Below, one piece after another: positions 40,262-50,863 of a DNA stretch of 64,000 bases. The position numbers and the translations under genes were made by a program. Origin of the DNA: Aquificaceae bacterium (GTDB lineage: Bacteria; Aquificota; Aquificia; Aquificales; Aquificaceae). Where the stretch lies: contig JAXSNR010000002.1 in the NCBI GenBank assembly GCA_037925075.1, positions 256,001 through 320,000 of the forward strand, read 5' to 3'. The notes beneath the pieces are model-generated. The model did not search any database. It saw only the letters and a list, made by a program, of their open reading frames with translations, and was not told the DNA's origin. Within the stretch, counting starts at the first letter, position 1. Every line of letters starts with the position of its first letter.

Positions 40262-40701
40262 TGGACAGGGATTTCATAAGGGAAATAATAAACCTTGTTA
40301 AGGGAAGCGATATAAAACAGCTAAGCATAGAAGCGGAAGGCTTTAAGCTTTTTATAGAAACCCATCAGAAGGAGCTTTTGCAAAAGGTGGAGGTGCCCTA
40401 CAGGGAGGTACGACATCAAGAGGTCTTACCCCCTGCGGAAGAGGTGCCTGAGGAAAACCTACATGTGATAAAAAGCCCCTTGGTAGGAACCTTTTACAGG
40501 TCTCCATCTCCCGGTGCCCCTCCCTTTGTGGAGGTGGGTGATATAGTGTCTCCGGGTCAGGTGCTTTGCATAATAGAAGCCCTCAAGGTGATGAACGAGA
40601 TAGAGAGCGACGTTAGAGGTAAGGTAATCAAGATTCTGGTGGAAAACGGAGAAACGGTAGAGTACGGACAGCCCCTTTTTATAATAGACACGAACGTGTA
40701 A
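40261..40701 (+). CDS. accB: Acetyl-CoA carboxylase biotin carboxyl carrier protein
   Basis: SPLVGTFYRSPSP, IIEALKVMNEI (biotinyl-Lys), VEYGQPLF. Confidence 0.95.
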   Translation: MDRDFIREIINLVKGSDIKQLSIEAEGFKLFIETHQKELLQKVEVPYREVRHQEVLPPAEEVPEENLHVIKSPLVGTFYRSPSPGAPPFVEVGDIVSPGQVLCIIEALKVMNEIESDVRGKVIKILVENGETVEYGQPLFIIDTNV

Positions 40702-40702
40702 G

Positions 40703-41107
40703 ATGGAAGAGAAAAGGGTTAGCCTTAGACTTTCTGAGCTTGAGCATACATACATGGCAAAAACCTCCACCGGCGAGCTTTTAGTGGGAGAGCATGGCCA
40801 CAAGCCTATGGAGCTTTTGCTTCTGGCCCTTGCAGGCTGTAGCGGTGTGGATGTGTCTCACATACTCAAAAAGAAAAGGCAGGAGGTCAGAGATGTACAG
40901 GTGGAGGTGGTAGGTGTCAGAAGGGATGAACACCCAAGGGTTTACGAAAAGATAAGCATGAATTACAAGGTCTATGGGAAAGGTATAAAAGAAAAGGCCG
41001 TGGAGGAAGCCCTTAGGCTTTCTGTGGAAAAGTACTGTAGCGTCTATGCCATGCTCAAAGAATCCACCACCATAGAGGTCTCCTTTGAGGTATTCAATGA
41101 GGCTTAA
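40703..41107 (+). CDS. OsmC/YhfA-family protein
   Basis: PMELLL..LAGCSG.DV, S.EKYCSV. Confidence 0.88.
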   Translation: MEEKRVSLRLSELEHTYMAKTSTGELLVGEHGHKPMELLLLALAGCSGVDVSHILKKKRQEVRDVQVEVVGVRRDEHPRVYEKISMNYKVYGKGIKEKAVEEALRLSVEKYCSVYAMLKESTTIEVSFEVFNEA

Positions 41108-41879
41108 AAACTTCTGGAAAGAGGGTAAAAAAGCCCTTGTCTCTTACATGATGGTGGGCTATCCTGACTATCATACATCCCTTGAAGCCTTTAGGGTTCT
41201 TCTCAAGGAAGGAACAGATATACTGGAGATAGGCTTTCCCTTCTCCGACCCTGTGGCGGATGGACCAACCATACAAGCCGCCCACGAGATAGCTCTAAAA
41301 AACGGTATAAAGTCAAAGCATGTTTTTGAACTCTCTGCCACCCTTAGAGGGGAGTTTCCAGAAAAGCCCCTTCTTCTTATGACCTACTACAACCCAATGT
41401 TTCGTATGGGATTGGAAAACTTCTGCAAAAGGGCAAAGGATAGCGGAATAGATGGCTTTATAGTGCCCGACCTTCCACCGGAAGAAGGCAAAGAATTAAA
41501 AAAGGTTTGCGAAGCACTGGAGCTTTCCGTGGTGTTCCTTGCCTCACCCACCAGCACAGAGAAAAGGCTAAAACTCATATGTGAAAACTCAGACCATATG
41601 GTTTATTTTGTATCCCTGACGGGAACAACGGGAGCAAGGGAAGAGCTTCCCATGCGTAGGCTAAAGGAAAGGCTTGAGCTTTACAGGTCTGTGTGCAAAA
41701 AGCCCGTGGTGGTAGGCTTTGGAATTTCAAAGCCCGAGCAGGCAAGGGAGGTGGCAGGTCTTTCAGAGGGTGTTGTGGTAGGTAGCCATTTTGTCAGGCT
41801 CGCAGGAAGCAAAGACCTTGAAGAGCTTTCAAAAAGCGTAAGAAGTATAAAGGAGGCCATAGAAGGTGTAAAATATTAA
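41097..41879 (+). CDS. trpA: Tryptophan synthase alpha chain
   Basis: LEIGFPFSDPVADGPTIQ, LMTYYNP, PDLPPEE, G.TGAR, VGFGIS, VVVGS. Confidence 0.97.
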   Translation: MRLKNFWKEGKKALVSYMMVGYPDYHTSLEAFRVLLKEGTDILEIGFPFSDPVADGPTIQAAHEIALKNGIKSKHVFELSATLRGEFPEKPLLLMTYYNPMFRMGLENFCKRAKDSGIDGFIVPDLPPEEGKELKKVCEALELSVVFLASPTSTEKRLKLICENSDHMVYFVSLTGTTGAREELPMRRLKERLELYRSVCKKPVVVGFGISKPEQAREVAGLSEGVVVGSHFVRLAGSKDLEELSKSVRSIKEAIEGVKY

Positions 41880-41883
41880 ATCT

Positions 41884-43257
41884 ATGCTCTTCTGGAAGAA
41901 GTCCGAGGAAGAAAAGCTTGCGGAAAAAGGGGACAAAAACGCCATACTGGCTCTTGTAGAAAAGGGTAAAAAGGAAAAGGCTATTGAGATATTAGAGAGG
42001 TTCAAAGAAAACCCAGAATTAAGAGGGCTTCTCTTTAGGCTATACATGGAGGAGGGCAAATACTACTACGCTTACCAACTTATAGAGCATTATGACCCTG
42101 AGCTCGCCACAGCCAAGGAGAAGGCCCTTATATACGAAAAGGTGGGTGAGTTAGAAAAGTCCGCAGAAGAATACTCAAAACTGGGTGATTGGGAAAGCCT
42201 CAAAAAGGCAGGTATTTTGCTATATATGGCAAAAAAGCCAGAAAAAGCCCTTGAACTTTTGAACCGAGCCTTAAAACTTGCACCAGCCCTAAAAAGGCAA
42301 GAGGTAGAAGAAACCATAAGGCAAGTGCAGGATGAGCTTGGCCTTGTGCAAAGGGAAAGCATACTTGAAAAGCTCAAAAAGGGTCTTAAAAAGACAAAGG
42401 AGGCTGTAGAGTTTGGCGTACTTTTTGCAGGTAGAAAGATAGATGAGGAGCTTTTTGAGGAGCTTGAGGAAAAGCTCATCAAGGCGGATGTGGGGGCAAA
42501 AACCTCCCTTCAAATAGTGGATGAACTGAAAAAGGAAGCCATAAGGAGAAACCTAAAAACCTCAGACCAACTATCTGGACTTTTGAAACAAGCCCTCCTT
42601 TACCAAATAGCCAAGTGCCAAGCTTTTCTTAGAGAGCCTCATGAAGGTGTAAGTCTGTACCTTTTCCTTGGGGTAAACGGTTCTGGGAAAACAACCACAA
42701 TAGGGAAGTTAGCCTACAGGTTTGTAAAGGAAGGTAAAAGGGTTTTGCTTGTTGCGGGAGATACTTTTAGGTCTGCAGCCATTGAACAGCTTGAGGTATG
42801 GGCACAAAGAAGCGGGGCGGACATATTCAAAAAGCACGAAGGTGCAGACCCAGCCTCTGTGGTCTATGAAGCCTTGCAGAAGGCTACTTCAGAAGGTTAT
42901 GGGGTGGTGCTTGTGGACACCGCGGGCAGGCTTCACACAAAGGAACCGCTAATAAGGGAGCTAAGAAAGCTCAGGGATGTGATAAAGAGGTTTTTACCTC
43001 AAGAGCCCACGGAAACCCTTTTGGTTTTGGATGCCACCATAGGCCAAAACTCCATCCAGCAGGCAAAGGTCTTCAAGGAAGCCCTTGAGGTCACCGGGCT
43101 TGTGCTTACCAAACTTGATGGCTCCGCCAAGGGTGGTGCTGTAGTGCCCATATGTAAAGAGCTTGGCATTCCTGTAAAGCTCATAGGAGTAGGTGAAGGG
43201 ATGGAAGACCTTCAGCCCTTTATGGCGGACGCTTTTATAGAGGAGTTAATCTCTTAG
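41884..43257 (+). CDS. ftsY: SRP receptor FtsY with N-terminal TPR-like helical region
   Basis: GVNGSGKTTTIGK, DTFRSAA, DTAGRL, TKLDGSAKGG, GVGE..DL. Confidence 0.95.
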   Translation: MLFWKKSEEEKLAEKGDKNAILALVEKGKKEKAIEILERFKENPELRGLLFRLYMEEGKYYYAYQLIEHYDPELATAKEKALIYEKVGELEKSAEEYSKLGDWESLKKAGILLYMAKKPEKALELLNRALKLAPALKRQEVEETIRQVQDELGLVQRESILEKLKKGLKKTKEAVEFGVLFAGRKIDEELFEELEEKLIKADVGAKTSLQIVDELKKEAIRRNLKTSDQLSGLLKQALLYQIAKCQAFLREPHEGVSLYLFLGVNGSGKTTTIGKLAYRFVKEGKRVLLVAGDTFRSAAIEQLEVWAQRSGADIFKKHEGADPASVVYEALQKATSEGYGVVLVDTAGRLHTKEPLIRELRKLRDVIKRFLPQEPTETLLVLDATIGQNSIQQAKVFKEALEVTGLVLTKLDGSAKGGAVVPICKELGIPVKLIGVGEGMEDLQPFMADAFIEELIS

Positions 43258-43266
43258 GAGGTTGGC

Positions 43267-45633
43267 ATGTTTCCAGAAGAACTTATAAAGGTTCCTGAGG
43301 TGCCTTCGGAAAACTTTGAAATTCCCGTAATGCCCTTGAGGGACCTTGTGGTCTTTCCCACCATGGTAATACCTCTCTTTGTGGGCAGGGGCTTTTCCAT
43401 AAGGGCTGTTGAGGAAGCCCTGAAAAAGGATAGGCTTATCTTTCTTGTTTTGCAAAAGGATAAGGCTATAGAAACTCCCAGTATGGAGGACCTTTACACC
43501 ATTGGCACCATAGCTCATGTGGTAAGGTCTGCACCCATAGAGGAAAATAGGCTAAAGATACTGGTGCAAGGCATAAAGAGGGCAAGACTTTTGGAATACA
43601 AACAGAAGGAAGATTATTACATTGCAAAGGTTCAGCCTTTAGAAGAGGTGGAGCTAGAAGCTGAAAACCTATCCAGTGAAGTAAAGGCATACATAAGGTC
43701 TATAAAGGAACAGCTTGATGTGGCTGTTTCCCTTGGCAAGCAAGTACTGCCGGACCTACTTATGCTCATAAAGGAGATGGAAGAGCCCGGAAGGCTTACG
43801 GACCTGACCGCATCCATACTGGACATAAAGGCTGTGGAAGCCCAAAAGGTCCTTGAGACCCTTGACCCAGTGGAAAGGCTTAAGCTGGTATATCAGTATC
43901 TTCAGAGTGAAGTGGGGCTTTTGGAAGTTCAAAGTAAGATAAGGGGAGTTGCCAGGGAGAGGATAGAAAAGGAACAAAGGGAATACTTTTTAAGGCAACA
44001 GCTAAAGGCAATTTTGGAAGAGCTTGGAGAAGGAGACGAAAGAAGGGCGGAGATAGAAGAGTACAGGAAAAAGCTTGGTAAGCTCAAGCTACCAAAGGAA
44101 TCAAGAGAGGAGATAGAAAAGCAAATAAAGAGGCTTGAAAAGCTACATCCAGAGTCTGCGGAGGCTGGAGTTCTTAGGACTTGGCTTGAGTGGGTCCTTG
44201 ACCTACCTTGGGACAAAGGCACAAAGGATCGGTACGACCTTGATAAGGCAAGAGAAATACTAGACCGAGACCATTACAACCTTGAGAAGGTGAAGGACCG
44301 AATAATTGAGTACCTTGCGGTTAAAAAGCTCACAAAAGGCAAAAGCCATGCGGTGCAGATACTATGCTTTGTGGGACCACCCGGTGTGGGAAAGACCTCC
44401 CTAGGTAGGTCCATAGCGGAATCTCTTGGTAGAAGGTTTGTCCGGATATCTCTAGGAGGTATGAGGGACGAAGCGGAGATAAGGGGGCACAGAAGAACCT
44501 ACGTGGGTGCCATGCCAGGCAGGATAATACAGGCCATAAAGCAGGGTGGAACAAAAAACCCTCTTATAGTTCTCGATGAGATAGATAAGCTTTCTCTTTC
44601 TTTTCAAGGCGACCCTGCAGCCGCCCTTCTTGAGGTGCTTGATCCAGAGCAAAACAAGAACTTTATGGACCTTTACATAGGCTTGCCCTTTGACCTATCG
44701 GAGGTCTTTTTCATATGTACTGCAAACCGCGTAGATACCATTCCAAGACCGCTTCTTGATAGGATGGAGGTGATAAATCTTTCGGGATACTCGGAGGAAG
44801 AAAAGGTCTTTATTGCCAAAAACCACCTTTTACCAAAGCTTCTGCCAGAGCATGGCTTTAAGAGATCGGAGGTGCAGTTCAGTGATGAAGCCCTGCTGGA
44901 GGTTATAAGAGGCTACACAAGGGAGTCTGGCGTTAGAAACCTTCAAAGACAGCTGAGTTCCATACTTAGAAAGTTAGCCCTTAGAAGACTCAGAGGTGAG
45001 CAGTTGCCCTTTGAGGTAAGAGCTCAGGATATAAAGGGATTTTTGGGTGTTTCAAAGAGGTATGCCATATCCGAAGAGAAGCCTATGGTGGGCATAGCTG
45101 TTGGTCTTGCGTGGACGGAGGTGGGCGGTGAAATAATGATAATAGAAGCCACCAAGTTCAAAGGCAAGGGAAACCTCATACTTACAGGTTCTCTAGGGGA
45201 CATTATGAAGGAATCCGCTCAGGCTGCACTATCTTACATAAAGTCAAAGGCTGAGGATTATCACATAGACCCAGAGGTTTTCTCAAGCCACGATATTCAT
45301 GTGCATGTGCCAGAAGGTGCTGTGCCAAAGGATGGTCCCTCCGCAGGTATAACCCTTGCGGTAGCGCTACTTTCCCTCTTTACAGGCAAGGAGGTAAGGA
45401 CGGATGTGGCGATGACGGGGGAGGTTACCCTAAGGGGAAGGGTTCTACCTGTAGGAGGACTCAAGGAGAAGATACTTGCAGCAAAGAGGGCAGGTATATA
45501 TGAGGTCATACTTCCTTCAAAGAACAAGGAAGAGGTGATGGAAGACTTGCCTGAGTACGTGAGAGACAAGATGACTTTACACTTTGTGGACAGCCTCGAT
45601 GAGGTTTTTGGTATAATATTTGGTAGAACTTAA
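43267..45633 (+). CDS. lon: Lon protease
   Basis: [45 protein letters not shown]. Confidence 0.98.
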   Translation: MFPEELIKVPEVPSENFEIPVMPLRDLVVFPTMVIPLFVGRGFSIRAVEEALKKDRLIFLVLQKDKAIETPSMEDLYTIGTIAHVVRSAPIEENRLKILVQGIKRARLLEYKQKEDYYIAKVQPLEEVELEAENLSSEVKAYIRSIKEQLDVAVSLGKQVLPDLLMLIKEMEEPGRLTDLTASILDIKAVEAQKVLETLDPVERLKLVYQYLQSEVGLLEVQSKIRGVARERIEKEQREYFLRQQLKAILEELGEGDERRAEIEEYRKKLGKLKLPKESREEIEKQIKRLEKLHPESAEAGVLRTWLEWVLDLPWDKGTKDRYDLDKAREILDRDHYNLEKVKDRIIEYLAVKKLTKGKSHAVQILCFVGPPGVGKTSLGRSIAESLGRRFVRISLGGMRDEAEIRGHRRTYVGAMPGRIIQAIKQGGTKNPLIVLDEIDKLSLSFQGDPAAALLEVLDPEQNKNFMDLYIGLPFDLSEVFFICTANRVDTIPRPLLDRMEVINLSGYSEEEKVFIAKNHLLPKLLPEHGFKRSEVQFSDEALLEVIRGYTRESGVRNLQRQLSSILRKLALRRLRGEQLPFEVRAQDIKGFLGVSKRYAISEEKPMVGIAVGLAWTEVGGEIMIIEATKFKGKGNLILTGSLGDIMKESAQAALSYIKSKAEDYHIDPEVFSSHDIHVHVPEGAVPKDGPSAGITLAVALLSLFTGKEVRTDVAMTGEVTLRGRVLPVGGLKEKILAAKRAGIYEVILPSKNKEEVMEDLPEYVRDKMTLHFVDSLDEVFGIIFGRT

Positions 45634-45647
45634 GGAGGTGAAAAGGC

Positions 45648-45848
45648 TTGGCAATAGTTCAGGTTATGGAGAATGAATCCTTTGAGAAGGCTTTCAAAAG
45701 GTTCAAAAGGATAGTAGAAAAAGAAGGCATACTCACAGAGGTAAAGAGAAGGCAGTTTTACGAAAAGCCCAGCGAGAAGAAGAAAAGGAAAGAAAGGCAA
45801 GCAAGGAAGAGGATAATCAAGGCTCTCAAGAAGAAGAGCCTTCTTTAG
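45648..45848 (+). CDS. rpsU: 30S ribosomal protein S21
   Basis: E.FEKA.KRFKR, FYEKPSE; GGAGG before a TTG start. Confidence 0.95.
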   Translation: MAIVQVMENESFEKAFKRFKRIVEKEGILTEVKRRQFYEKPSEKKKRKERQARKRIIKALKKKSLL

Positions 45849-46899
45849 GTTCGCCCATTTTGTAAGCTCTCAGTAGCTCCCTCTGCTCTTCTATTATGAA
45901 CTTCCTTATATAGTCTTCATTCGCCTTGCCGAGGTTTTCAAACCTTATGCCGAGGCAGGTTTTGTTTATACTGCTCCTTATGTTCTTTACAGTTCCGAAA
46001 ACCCTTACAGGGTAAGACTTAAGCTCAAAGTATACATAAACCCTTTCTCCAACCCTTACCTCTATAAAGCTTGAGAGACATAACCTTATACCCTGAGGGC
46101 TTATGTCTTCTACAGTACCTTCCATAAGGTCTTCTGGTTCTTCAAGTGAAAATATACCAGCGTTCCTGTATATGTGTATCTTGGCAGGTATCCTCACCCT
46201 CCAGCGAAGGCTTTCTCTTAGCTGAATTTTTGATAGTTGTTCTGTGTGGGGCAGGACTACAACCAGCTTTGTCCCATCTCTGTAAGTTCTTATTACATTG
46301 CTCTGAAAATAGTATCTACCGTCTTCCTCTCTTAGGAAGGAAAACTTTACCCTTTCACCAGTCTGTATAGCTTTTAATGGACTATCAAGTAAAGCTATGT
46401 GAAGTTCAAGCTCGTTCTTTTCCCATACTGCGGAACTGTAGGCGTTGTTTTCATAAGTTATAAAACCTGTTTGATAAAGGTCTATGTCCTTTGTACTACT
46501 AAGGGGTAAAAACCAAGGAAGGCTATCAAACTTGAGCTTTTTCCTTATATGGGTTACCATTTCTATCTTTGATGCATCCTCTTTTACAAGTCTTGATATA
46601 CATCTCTCAAAAACTTTTTTTGCCTGCATTATTTTGGTAGGTTCCTTTGTAGTACTTGCACACTTCCACAGAAGGTTGATTTCTTCTGTCTCAAGCCCTA
46701 GGGACCTTCCTGTATTAAAGAAATCCTTCCTGAGGCTCAGCTTAGCCTTGTACCTCGACCAGAGATGTGGAAGAATTATAAGAAAACCTACTGCAAGAGA
46801 GAAAAGCAAAAGCACAAAAAGCACATCAGAAAGACTTGGGGATCTAAACATGTATCTAGTTGCTTCCCTGAAAGTTTCAAACCCTCCCTGATATTCCAT
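45826..46899 (-). CDS. YcgR/PilZ-domain c-di-GMP receptor with N-terminal TM helix
   Basis: Q.RESLR (RxxxR) and DISPQG (DxSxxG) PilZ motifs. Confidence 0.82.
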   Translation of the reverse strand: MEYQGGFETFREATRYMFRSPSLSDVLFVLLLFSLAVGFLIILPHLWSRYKAKLSLRKDFFNTGRSLGLETEEINLLWKCASTTKEPTKIMQAKKVFERCISRLVKEDASKIEMVTHIRKKLKFDSLPWFLPLSSTKDIDLYQTGFITYENNAYSSAVWEKNELELHIALLDSPLKAIQTGERVKFSFLREEDGRYYFQSNVIRTYRDGTKLVVVLPHTEQLSKIQLRESLRWRVRIPAKIHIYRNAGIFSLEEPEDLMEGTVEDISPQGIRLCLSSFIEVRVGERVYVYFELKSYPVRVFGTVKNIRSSINKTCLGIRFENLGKANEDYIRKFIIEEQRELLRAYKMGEPKEGSSS

Positions 46900-46909
46900 A
46901 CCAGCACCT

Positions 46910-47851
46910 TTAAAATTTATCCTCTATATATCTTTCTGCCTCTATAGCTGCTATGCAACCCTCTCCAACCGCAACAGCCACTTGTCCAGTTGCCCCGCTC
47001 CTGCAATCACCGGCTGCAAAAACCCCTTCAATAGAGGTCCTCATCCTCTCATCGGTTATTACATATCCCTTATCGTCGAGTTCAAGGGATCCTTTAAGAA
47101 AGCCCGTGTTGGGCTCAAGCCCTATGAAAATAAACACGCCCTCCACAGGCAGCTCAGAAAGGCTGTTATCCCTTGTGTCTCTAAGGATAAGCTTTTCCAC
47201 AAAATCGCCACCTTTTATCTCTTCCACCACCTTGTTGGGCACAAAGGTTATTTTTGGATTGGAAAAGACCTTTTCTTGCAGGTGCTTTTGTGCTCGTAGT
47301 TGGTCTCTTCTATGTACAAGGTAAACTCTGCTGGCAAATCTTGTTAAAAAAAGACTCTCCTGGGTTGCGGAATCTCCTCCCCCCACAACCGCTATGGGCA
47401 CGCCTTCAAAAAGTGCACCGTCGCATGTGGCACAGTAAGATACGCCCCTGTTTAAGAACTCCTCTTCACCAGGTACTCCCAGCCTCCTTGGGTTTGACCC
47501 CACCGCAAGGATTACCGTCTTACTTCTTACAAGCTCACCCGTCCTGAGGTGAAGGAATATCTCCCTTCCAACCCTTTCTATCTTTGAGACTTCTTTTCTG
47601 AGTATATGAAGACCAAACCGCTCCGCCTGCTCTTTAAACCTCTTTGTGAGCTCCTTACCGCTTATGCCTTCTGGAAAGCCCGGGTAGTTCTCCACCAAGT
47701 CTGTTATGGCTATCTGCCCCCCCAAAGTTCCCCTTTCAAAGAGAAGAGTGTTCATTTTTGCCCTTGCACAGTATAATCCAGCGGTCAAGCCTGCAGGACC
47801 GCCACCAATTATTATGCAGTCGTAGAGTGTCTCTTCAGATAGTTCCACCAT
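46910..47851 (-). CDS. trxB: Thioredoxin reductase
   Basis: GGGPAGLTA, ENYPG, GVSYCATCDG, GGGDSA, HRRD, FAAGD. Confidence 0.97.
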   Translation of the reverse strand: MVELSEETLYDCIIIGGGPAGLTAGLYCARAKMNTLLFERGTLGGQIAITDLVENYPGFPEGISGKELTKRFKEQAERFGLHILRKEVSKIERVGREIFLHLRTGELVRSKTVILAVGSNPRRLGVPGEEEFLNRGVSYCATCDGALFEGVPIAVVGGGDSATQESLFLTRFASRVYLVHRRDQLRAQKHLQEKVFSNPKITFVPNKVVEEIKGGDFVEKLILRDTRDNSLSELPVEGVFIFIGLEPNTGFLKGSLELDDKGYVITDERMRTSIEGVFAAGDCRSGATGQVAVAVGEGCIAAIEAERYIEDKF

Positions 47852-48171
47852 CACAGATGGCTGCTAATCATCTGCCTGAGGGCTTCTTTTGGTTGTACTC
47901 CTATACGAGTATCTACCACCTCACCGTTTTTAAAAAGCATTATGGTAGGTATAGCCCTTATGCCATACCTCATAGCTATGTTTGGGTTCTCGTCGGTGTT
48001 AAGTTTTCCAAATTTAACCTTCTCTCCTATTTCCATCGCCAACTCTTCGACTATGGGTGCTATTATCCTGCATGGTCCACACCACGGTGCCCAGAAATCT
48101 ACCACCACAGGCTTATCGGAGTTTATTACCTCCGCCTGCCAGTTGCTTTCGGTGAGGACTATTACCGCCAT
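47851..48171 (-). CDS. trxA: Thioredoxin
   Basis: [13 protein letters not shown]. Confidence 0.97.
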   Translation of the reverse strand: MAVIVLTESNWQAEVINSDKPVVVDFWAPWCGPCRIIAPIVEELAMEIGEKVKFGKLNTDENPNIAMRYGIRAIPTIMLFKNGEVVDTRIGVQPKEALRQMISSHL

Positions 48172-48172
48172 A

Positions 48173-48463
48173 TTACACCTCCTTGCTAAGTATTTCGTAG
48201 ATCTTTACCACCCTTTCGTCTTTGATGTAATAGCACACTATAGACCCATCCCTCTTACATCCCACTATACCCTTGTTCCTGAGTATACCAAGATGTTGGG
48301 AAACGTTTGGTTGTGAGGTATGCAAAAGGTCGCTTAGGTTTTTAACACACTGCCTACCTTCAATAAGCACCGCCACTATCCTGAGCCTGATAGGATGAGC
48401 TAAAGCCTTCAAAAACTCTGCCCACTCTTCTAACCTTTCTTCATTCACAACCTCAGCTTGCAT
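48173..48463 (-). CDS. ArsR/SmtB-family transcriptional regulator
   Basis: [23 protein letters not shown] 48463 behind GAGGTG (ORF track starts at GTG 48472). Confidence 0.9.
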   Translation of the reverse strand: MQAEVVNEERLEEWAEFLKALAHPIRLRIVAVLIEGRQCVKNLSDLLHTSQPNVSQHLGILRNKGIVGCKRDGSIVCYYIKDERVVKIYEILSKEV

Positions 48464-48501
48464 TTTTTTCACCTCATATGCTTATATTCTATCATAGGAA
48501 T

Positions 48502-48918
48502 ATGGAAAAAGTGTACATTTACAGAAAAAGGTCAAGGCACCTTCACTACGCTTTTGTGGTCTCTTTGGTGGTTCTGTATATTGCTTGCCTTCCTCTGTAT
48601 GAGTACTTTAAGGTTCCCTTGCATGAAAACCTGGTCAATTTCCTTACCTTTTTTGTGCTTGCTACTGGGCTGTTTTCCATTCTACCTGCTTTATTTCTTA
48701 GAAAGAGGGTCTTTCCTGTAAGCCCTCATAAGGATCCATACTGGAGCTACACTGCCACAAGAAGATATTTTTGGTTATACGTGTTATGTCTTGTTCCTTT
48801 TGCCTTTGCCTTTCTGGCTTTTGTTGCCTTTGCTTCTATTCAGGTGCTATCCGCTGGCTTTCTCCTTAGCCTCTGTGGTTTAATATTAGTAAGACCAAAA
48901 GAGGAGGACGTAAGATGA
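48502..48918 (+). CDS. Hypothetical membrane protein (about 4 TM)
   Basis: Four hydrophobic segments; stop overlaps the next ATG. Confidence 0.65.
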   Translation: MEKVYIYRKRSRHLHYAFVVSLVVLYIACLPLYEYFKVPLHENLVNFLTFFVLATGLFSILPALFLRKRVFPVSPHKDPYWSYTATRRYFWLYVLCLVPFAFAFLAFVAFASIQVLSAGFLLSLCGLILVRPKEEDVR

Positions 48919-49139
48919 GTAGAGAAGAAGCCCTTCAAAAACTTCTCCAAGAAAACAAGGAATTCAGATATCACTACGAAAGACACCATGAACTTGATGC
49001 ACAAGTGGACAAACTTGAAAAGCATCATCCCATGACCCATGAACTGGAAATGGAAATAGAGAGGCTAAAGAGGGAAAGGCTTTATCACAGGGATATGATG
49101 GAAAAGATCTTAAGCGATTTTCTCAAGAGCCACGTATGA
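48915..49139 (+). CDS. YdcH/DUF465-family protein
   Basis: F..L...H.ELD..V, LKRERL..RD pattern. Confidence 0.75.
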   Translation: MSREEALQKLLQENKEFRYHYERHHELDAQVDKLEKHHPMTHELEMEIERLKRERLYHRDMMEKILSDFLKSHV

Positions 49140-49549
49140 AAAGTCATACCGCATACCTTACCTTTAACACAAAAAACAGAAGAGAACTTGTAAGGATAAC
49201 GGATCAGGTAAAAAAGATAGTGGAGAAATCTGGCATTAAGGAGGGCTTATGTTTGGTCTCTTCCATGCATCTTACCGCATCGGTGATAGTCCAAGATGAC
49301 GAAGAAGGGCTTCATCAAGACATATGGGAGTGGCTGGAGAGATTGGCGCCTTACAGAAAAGACTACAAGCATCACAAGACGGGAGAGGACAACGCAGATG
49401 CCCACCTGAGAAACCTTCTAACCCACCTTCAGGTGGTTTTACCCATCACCAACGGCAAGCTTGACCTTGGACCTTGGCAGGAGATCTTCTACGCGGAGTT
49501 TGATGGCCAAAGGAAAAAGAGGGTTATAGTTAAGGTGATAGGTATCTGA
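49136..49549 (+). CDS. YjbQ/UPF0047-family protein (copy 2)
   Basis: MHLTASV...[28 protein letters not shown]. Confidence 0.9.
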   Translation: MKSHTAYLTFNTKNRRELVRITDQVKKIVEKSGIKEGLCLVSSMHLTASVIVQDDEEGLHQDIWEWLERLAPYRKDYKHHKTGEDNADAHLRNLLTHLQVVLPITNGKLDLGPWQEIFYAEFDGQRKKRVIVKVIGI

Positions 49550-50147
49550 TAGCTTCCCGTTTTTCTTTGCACTTTTCACACCTTCCGCAAGGGACTATTT
49601 TACCCATAAGCTTTTTTGGTCTTATACAGGAGAGGGTCCTTTCAAGAGGGACTTCCTCTGAAAACCTTTTCAGCACCTCATACTTTTCCATTCCCATAAA
49701 GGGTGTCAAAAGCTGTAAGCCCATAAGGGATTGAAGACGGTTCATATATTCTGCATTGTTGTCTGGGAAAGGGTATATGCCCAGACTACCTATGGCTACA
49801 TGTTTTATACCTTTTAGCATCGCATAGCTTCCTGCAAGGGACAAAAGGCTCAGGTTTCTAAGGGGTATAAAAAGATCTCTTTCGTGGCTTCTTTTGCTTA
49901 ACTTTTCTGGATTTATAGTATGCAAGACTCTGATGGGCATGAGGTTTCTGTATCTTTTCTTGGTGTAGAGCCACAGACCTTTTGCATTCTCAAGCTCAAG
50001 GTCTTCCCATGGATACCCAGCCTTTATGTATATGGGATAAACAAGCAAGCCCTTTTTGAGGTACATGTAAAGCAAGCATGTGCTTTCAACTCCACCGCTG
50101 AAGAGAACAACTATTTTATGAACATTCACCCGAGACATGTCTTCCAC
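49530..50147 (-). CDS. QueC-like PP-loop ATPase (7-cyano-7-deazaguanine synthase family); start uncertain (50147/50138/50129)
   Basis: [23 protein letters not shown]...CGRCEKC zinc site. Confidence 0.78.
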   Translation of the reverse strand: MEDMSRVNVHKIVVLFSGGVESTCLLYMYLKKGLLVYPIYIKAGYPWEDLELENAKGLWLYTKKRYRNLMPIRVLHTINPEKLSKRSHERDLFIPLRNLSLLSLAGSYAMLKGIKHVAIGSLGIYPFPDNNAEYMNRLQSLMGLQLLTPFMGMEKYEVLKRFSEEVPLERTLSCIRPKKLMGKIVPCGRCEKCKEKREAIRYLSP

Positions 50148-50847
50148 TGTCCAGCATTATAATTTCTCCCGTCATACTTTCCACTTCAAGGAGGTACTTG
50201 GTAAGCTTAACCACATCTTTTATGGATACAGTTCTTTTAAGTGGCGTTTTTTTTACATACTCTTGCCACTTTTCTTCGGAAAGGTCTGGTGGTTTTAGGG
50301 TAGGACCGAGGGCTATGGCATTTACAAGCACATATGGGGCAAACTCCTTGGCGAGCACCTTTACTGCGGTGTGCAAGGCACCCTTTGCCAAAAAGTAAGC
50401 GGAATAGTTTTTGTAGGGCGTGGTATTGGTAGCCCAATCTCCAAAGGCAACTATCCTTCCTTTTACATCTCCAGAGTTTTCCATCATCAGAGAATAAACC
50501 TCCCTGCTCATCACCACAAAAGCCTGAGCTATAGGCTTGAAGTGATAATCTATATGCTCCTCTTTAAGCTCAAAAAGAGGGGTAGGCTCATAGGGGCTTG
50601 AAAGATGTAAAAGGGCATCAATTCCGCCTAGCATGTGCGTAAGGTCCTTTACAGCCCTTTCCGCCTCATGCCATAGGCTCAAGTCCACCCTAACACCACA
50701 AACCCTATCACCGAAATCGTTTTTTAACTCTCTATAAACATGCTCTGAGCTTTTATATACAAGGCCCACACTCCAGCCCTTTTCTAGGAGGCTTCTAGCT
50801 ATCTCATGCCCTATTCTTCTTATGCCGGTTATTATGGCTTTTTTCAT
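50116..50847 (-). CDS. Short-chain dehydrogenase, pteridine reductase/FolM-like
   Basis: ITG.RRIG, D in FGDW, Y..YxxxK (YFLAK), VNAIA.G, TPL.R, TG.....DSG. Confidence 0.8.
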   Translation of the reverse strand: MKKAIITGIRRIGHEIARSLLEKGWSVGLVYKSSEHVYRELKNDFGDRVCGVRVDLSLWHEAERAVKDLTHMLGGIDALLHLSSPYEPTPLFELKEEHIDYHFKPIAQAFVVMSREVYSLMMENSGDVKGRIVAFGDWATNTTPYKNYSAYFLAKGALHTAVKVLAKEFAPYVLVNAIALGPTLKPPDLSEEKWQEYVKKTPLKRTVSIKDVVKLTKYLLEVESMTGEIIMLDSGRHVSGECS

Positions 50848-50850
50848 GGC

Positions 50851-50860
50851 TATAATTATA
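50851..50860. promoter_or_regulatory. Palindromic TATAATTATA: -10 box on both strands
   Basis: Each TATAAT lies exactly 7 nt upstream of a start codon (ATG 50847 minus, GTG 50864 plus). Confidence 0.7.
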
Positions 50861-50863
50861 TGC

